From: Candidatus Saccharimonadales bacterium
GTDB lineage: Bacteria; Patescibacteriota; Saccharimonadia; Saccharimonadales; UBA10212
DNA length: 64,000 nt
Assembly: GCA_035717985.1 (NCBI GenBank)
Contig: DASTHW010000016.1
Location: forward strand, 1,859-65,858
Direction: 5' to 3'
The notes beneath the pieces are model-generated. The model saw only the letters and a program-made list of their open reading frames with translations. It searched no databases and was not told the DNA's origin. Positions within the stretch are counted from its first letter, which is position 1, and each line of letters opens with the position of its first letter. The position numbers and the translations under genes are program-made. Shown here piece by piece: positions 63,833-64,000 of this stretch.

Positions 63833-64000
63833 TTATTCTTTGGTAGCCATTCCCTTAAGGTAGGCTTTGGAGTGTCTCAGCCTGGCCACCTGCTCGCCAA
63901 ACCATTTAGCGCTGGGCCGTAGCTTACGTTTCATAGTCCGTCTATCTACTTCTACCAGGCCGAATTTGGGCCACCAGCCCATAGCCCATTCAAAATTATC
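63833..64000 (-). CDS. 3' end (55 codons) of an unidentified gene running off the right edge
   Basis: My translation: ...[55 protein letters not shown], with the stop at 63833-63835. The frame is open to the window edge. Confidence 0.4.
   Translation of the reverse strand, partial: DNFEWAMGWWPKFGLVEVDRRTMKRKLRPSAKWFGEQVARLRHSKAYLKGMATKE

Noticed and set aside
1-64000. Search for CRISPR arrays, rRNA, tmRNA, transposases, integrases, reverse transcriptases and toxin-antitoxin pairs.
   Set aside because: I saw no regularly spaced direct repeats, no tRNA-like 3' domain beyond the two tRNAs, and no ORF with recombinase or RT motifs. Absence is by eye only and should be confirmed with dedicated tools.

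Overview
The window looks like a streamlined chromosome segment, about 50% GC by my sample counts, from a CPR/Patescibacteria bacterium. Saccharibacteria (TM7) is my inference from gene content only; no marker rRNA is present. Most ORFs are recognisable housekeeping genes: thyA-folA, queA, a UvrD-type helicase-nuclease, an aquaporin, a glutaredoxin-like protein, glycosyltransferases, smpB, xth, an ABC exporter, a sortase/PEGA surface cluster, gltX, an S9 peptidase, DUF3048, dinB, a PAS histidine kinase with response regulator, der, pth, dprA and topA. From about 50 kb to the right edge every gene is on the minus strand. These are a Ku/LigD NHEJ operon and a complete dcw cluster (mraZ, rsmH, ftsL-like, ftsI, mraY, ftsW, murG, ftsQ-like). 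There are two tRNAs, Leu-CAA and Glu-CTC. I found no rRNA, CRISPR array, transposase or integrase. Items beyond routine annotation: (1) three small islets of 63-70% GC with high GC3, each holding one orphan ORF with GC-rich hairpins, and one bracketed by a perfect 14-bp inverted repeat; (2) a roughly 450-nt highly structured non-coding locus between pth and dprA, with a consensus promoter and intrinsic terminator on the minus strand and unresolved RNase-P-like motifs; (3) an 875-bp AT-rich gene-free gap at the point where gene orientation converges, containing a dif-like palindrome and two DnaA-box-like 9-mers; (4) four GTGGGT boxes at 10-nt spacing (a MraZ-type operator) over a promoter upstream of mraZ, and a 22-bp inverted-repeat-bounded insert between mraZ and rsmH; (5) an alpha/beta-hydrolase gene split by a frameshift in a (CT)6 tract; (6) several small ORFs below the track cutoff (three tandem KGG-type stress peptides and a DUF6496-like peptide); (7) a lycopene-cyclase-domain pair with a phytoene/squalene-synthase-like gene. 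All family assignments rest on motifs read from the translations. No database search was possible.
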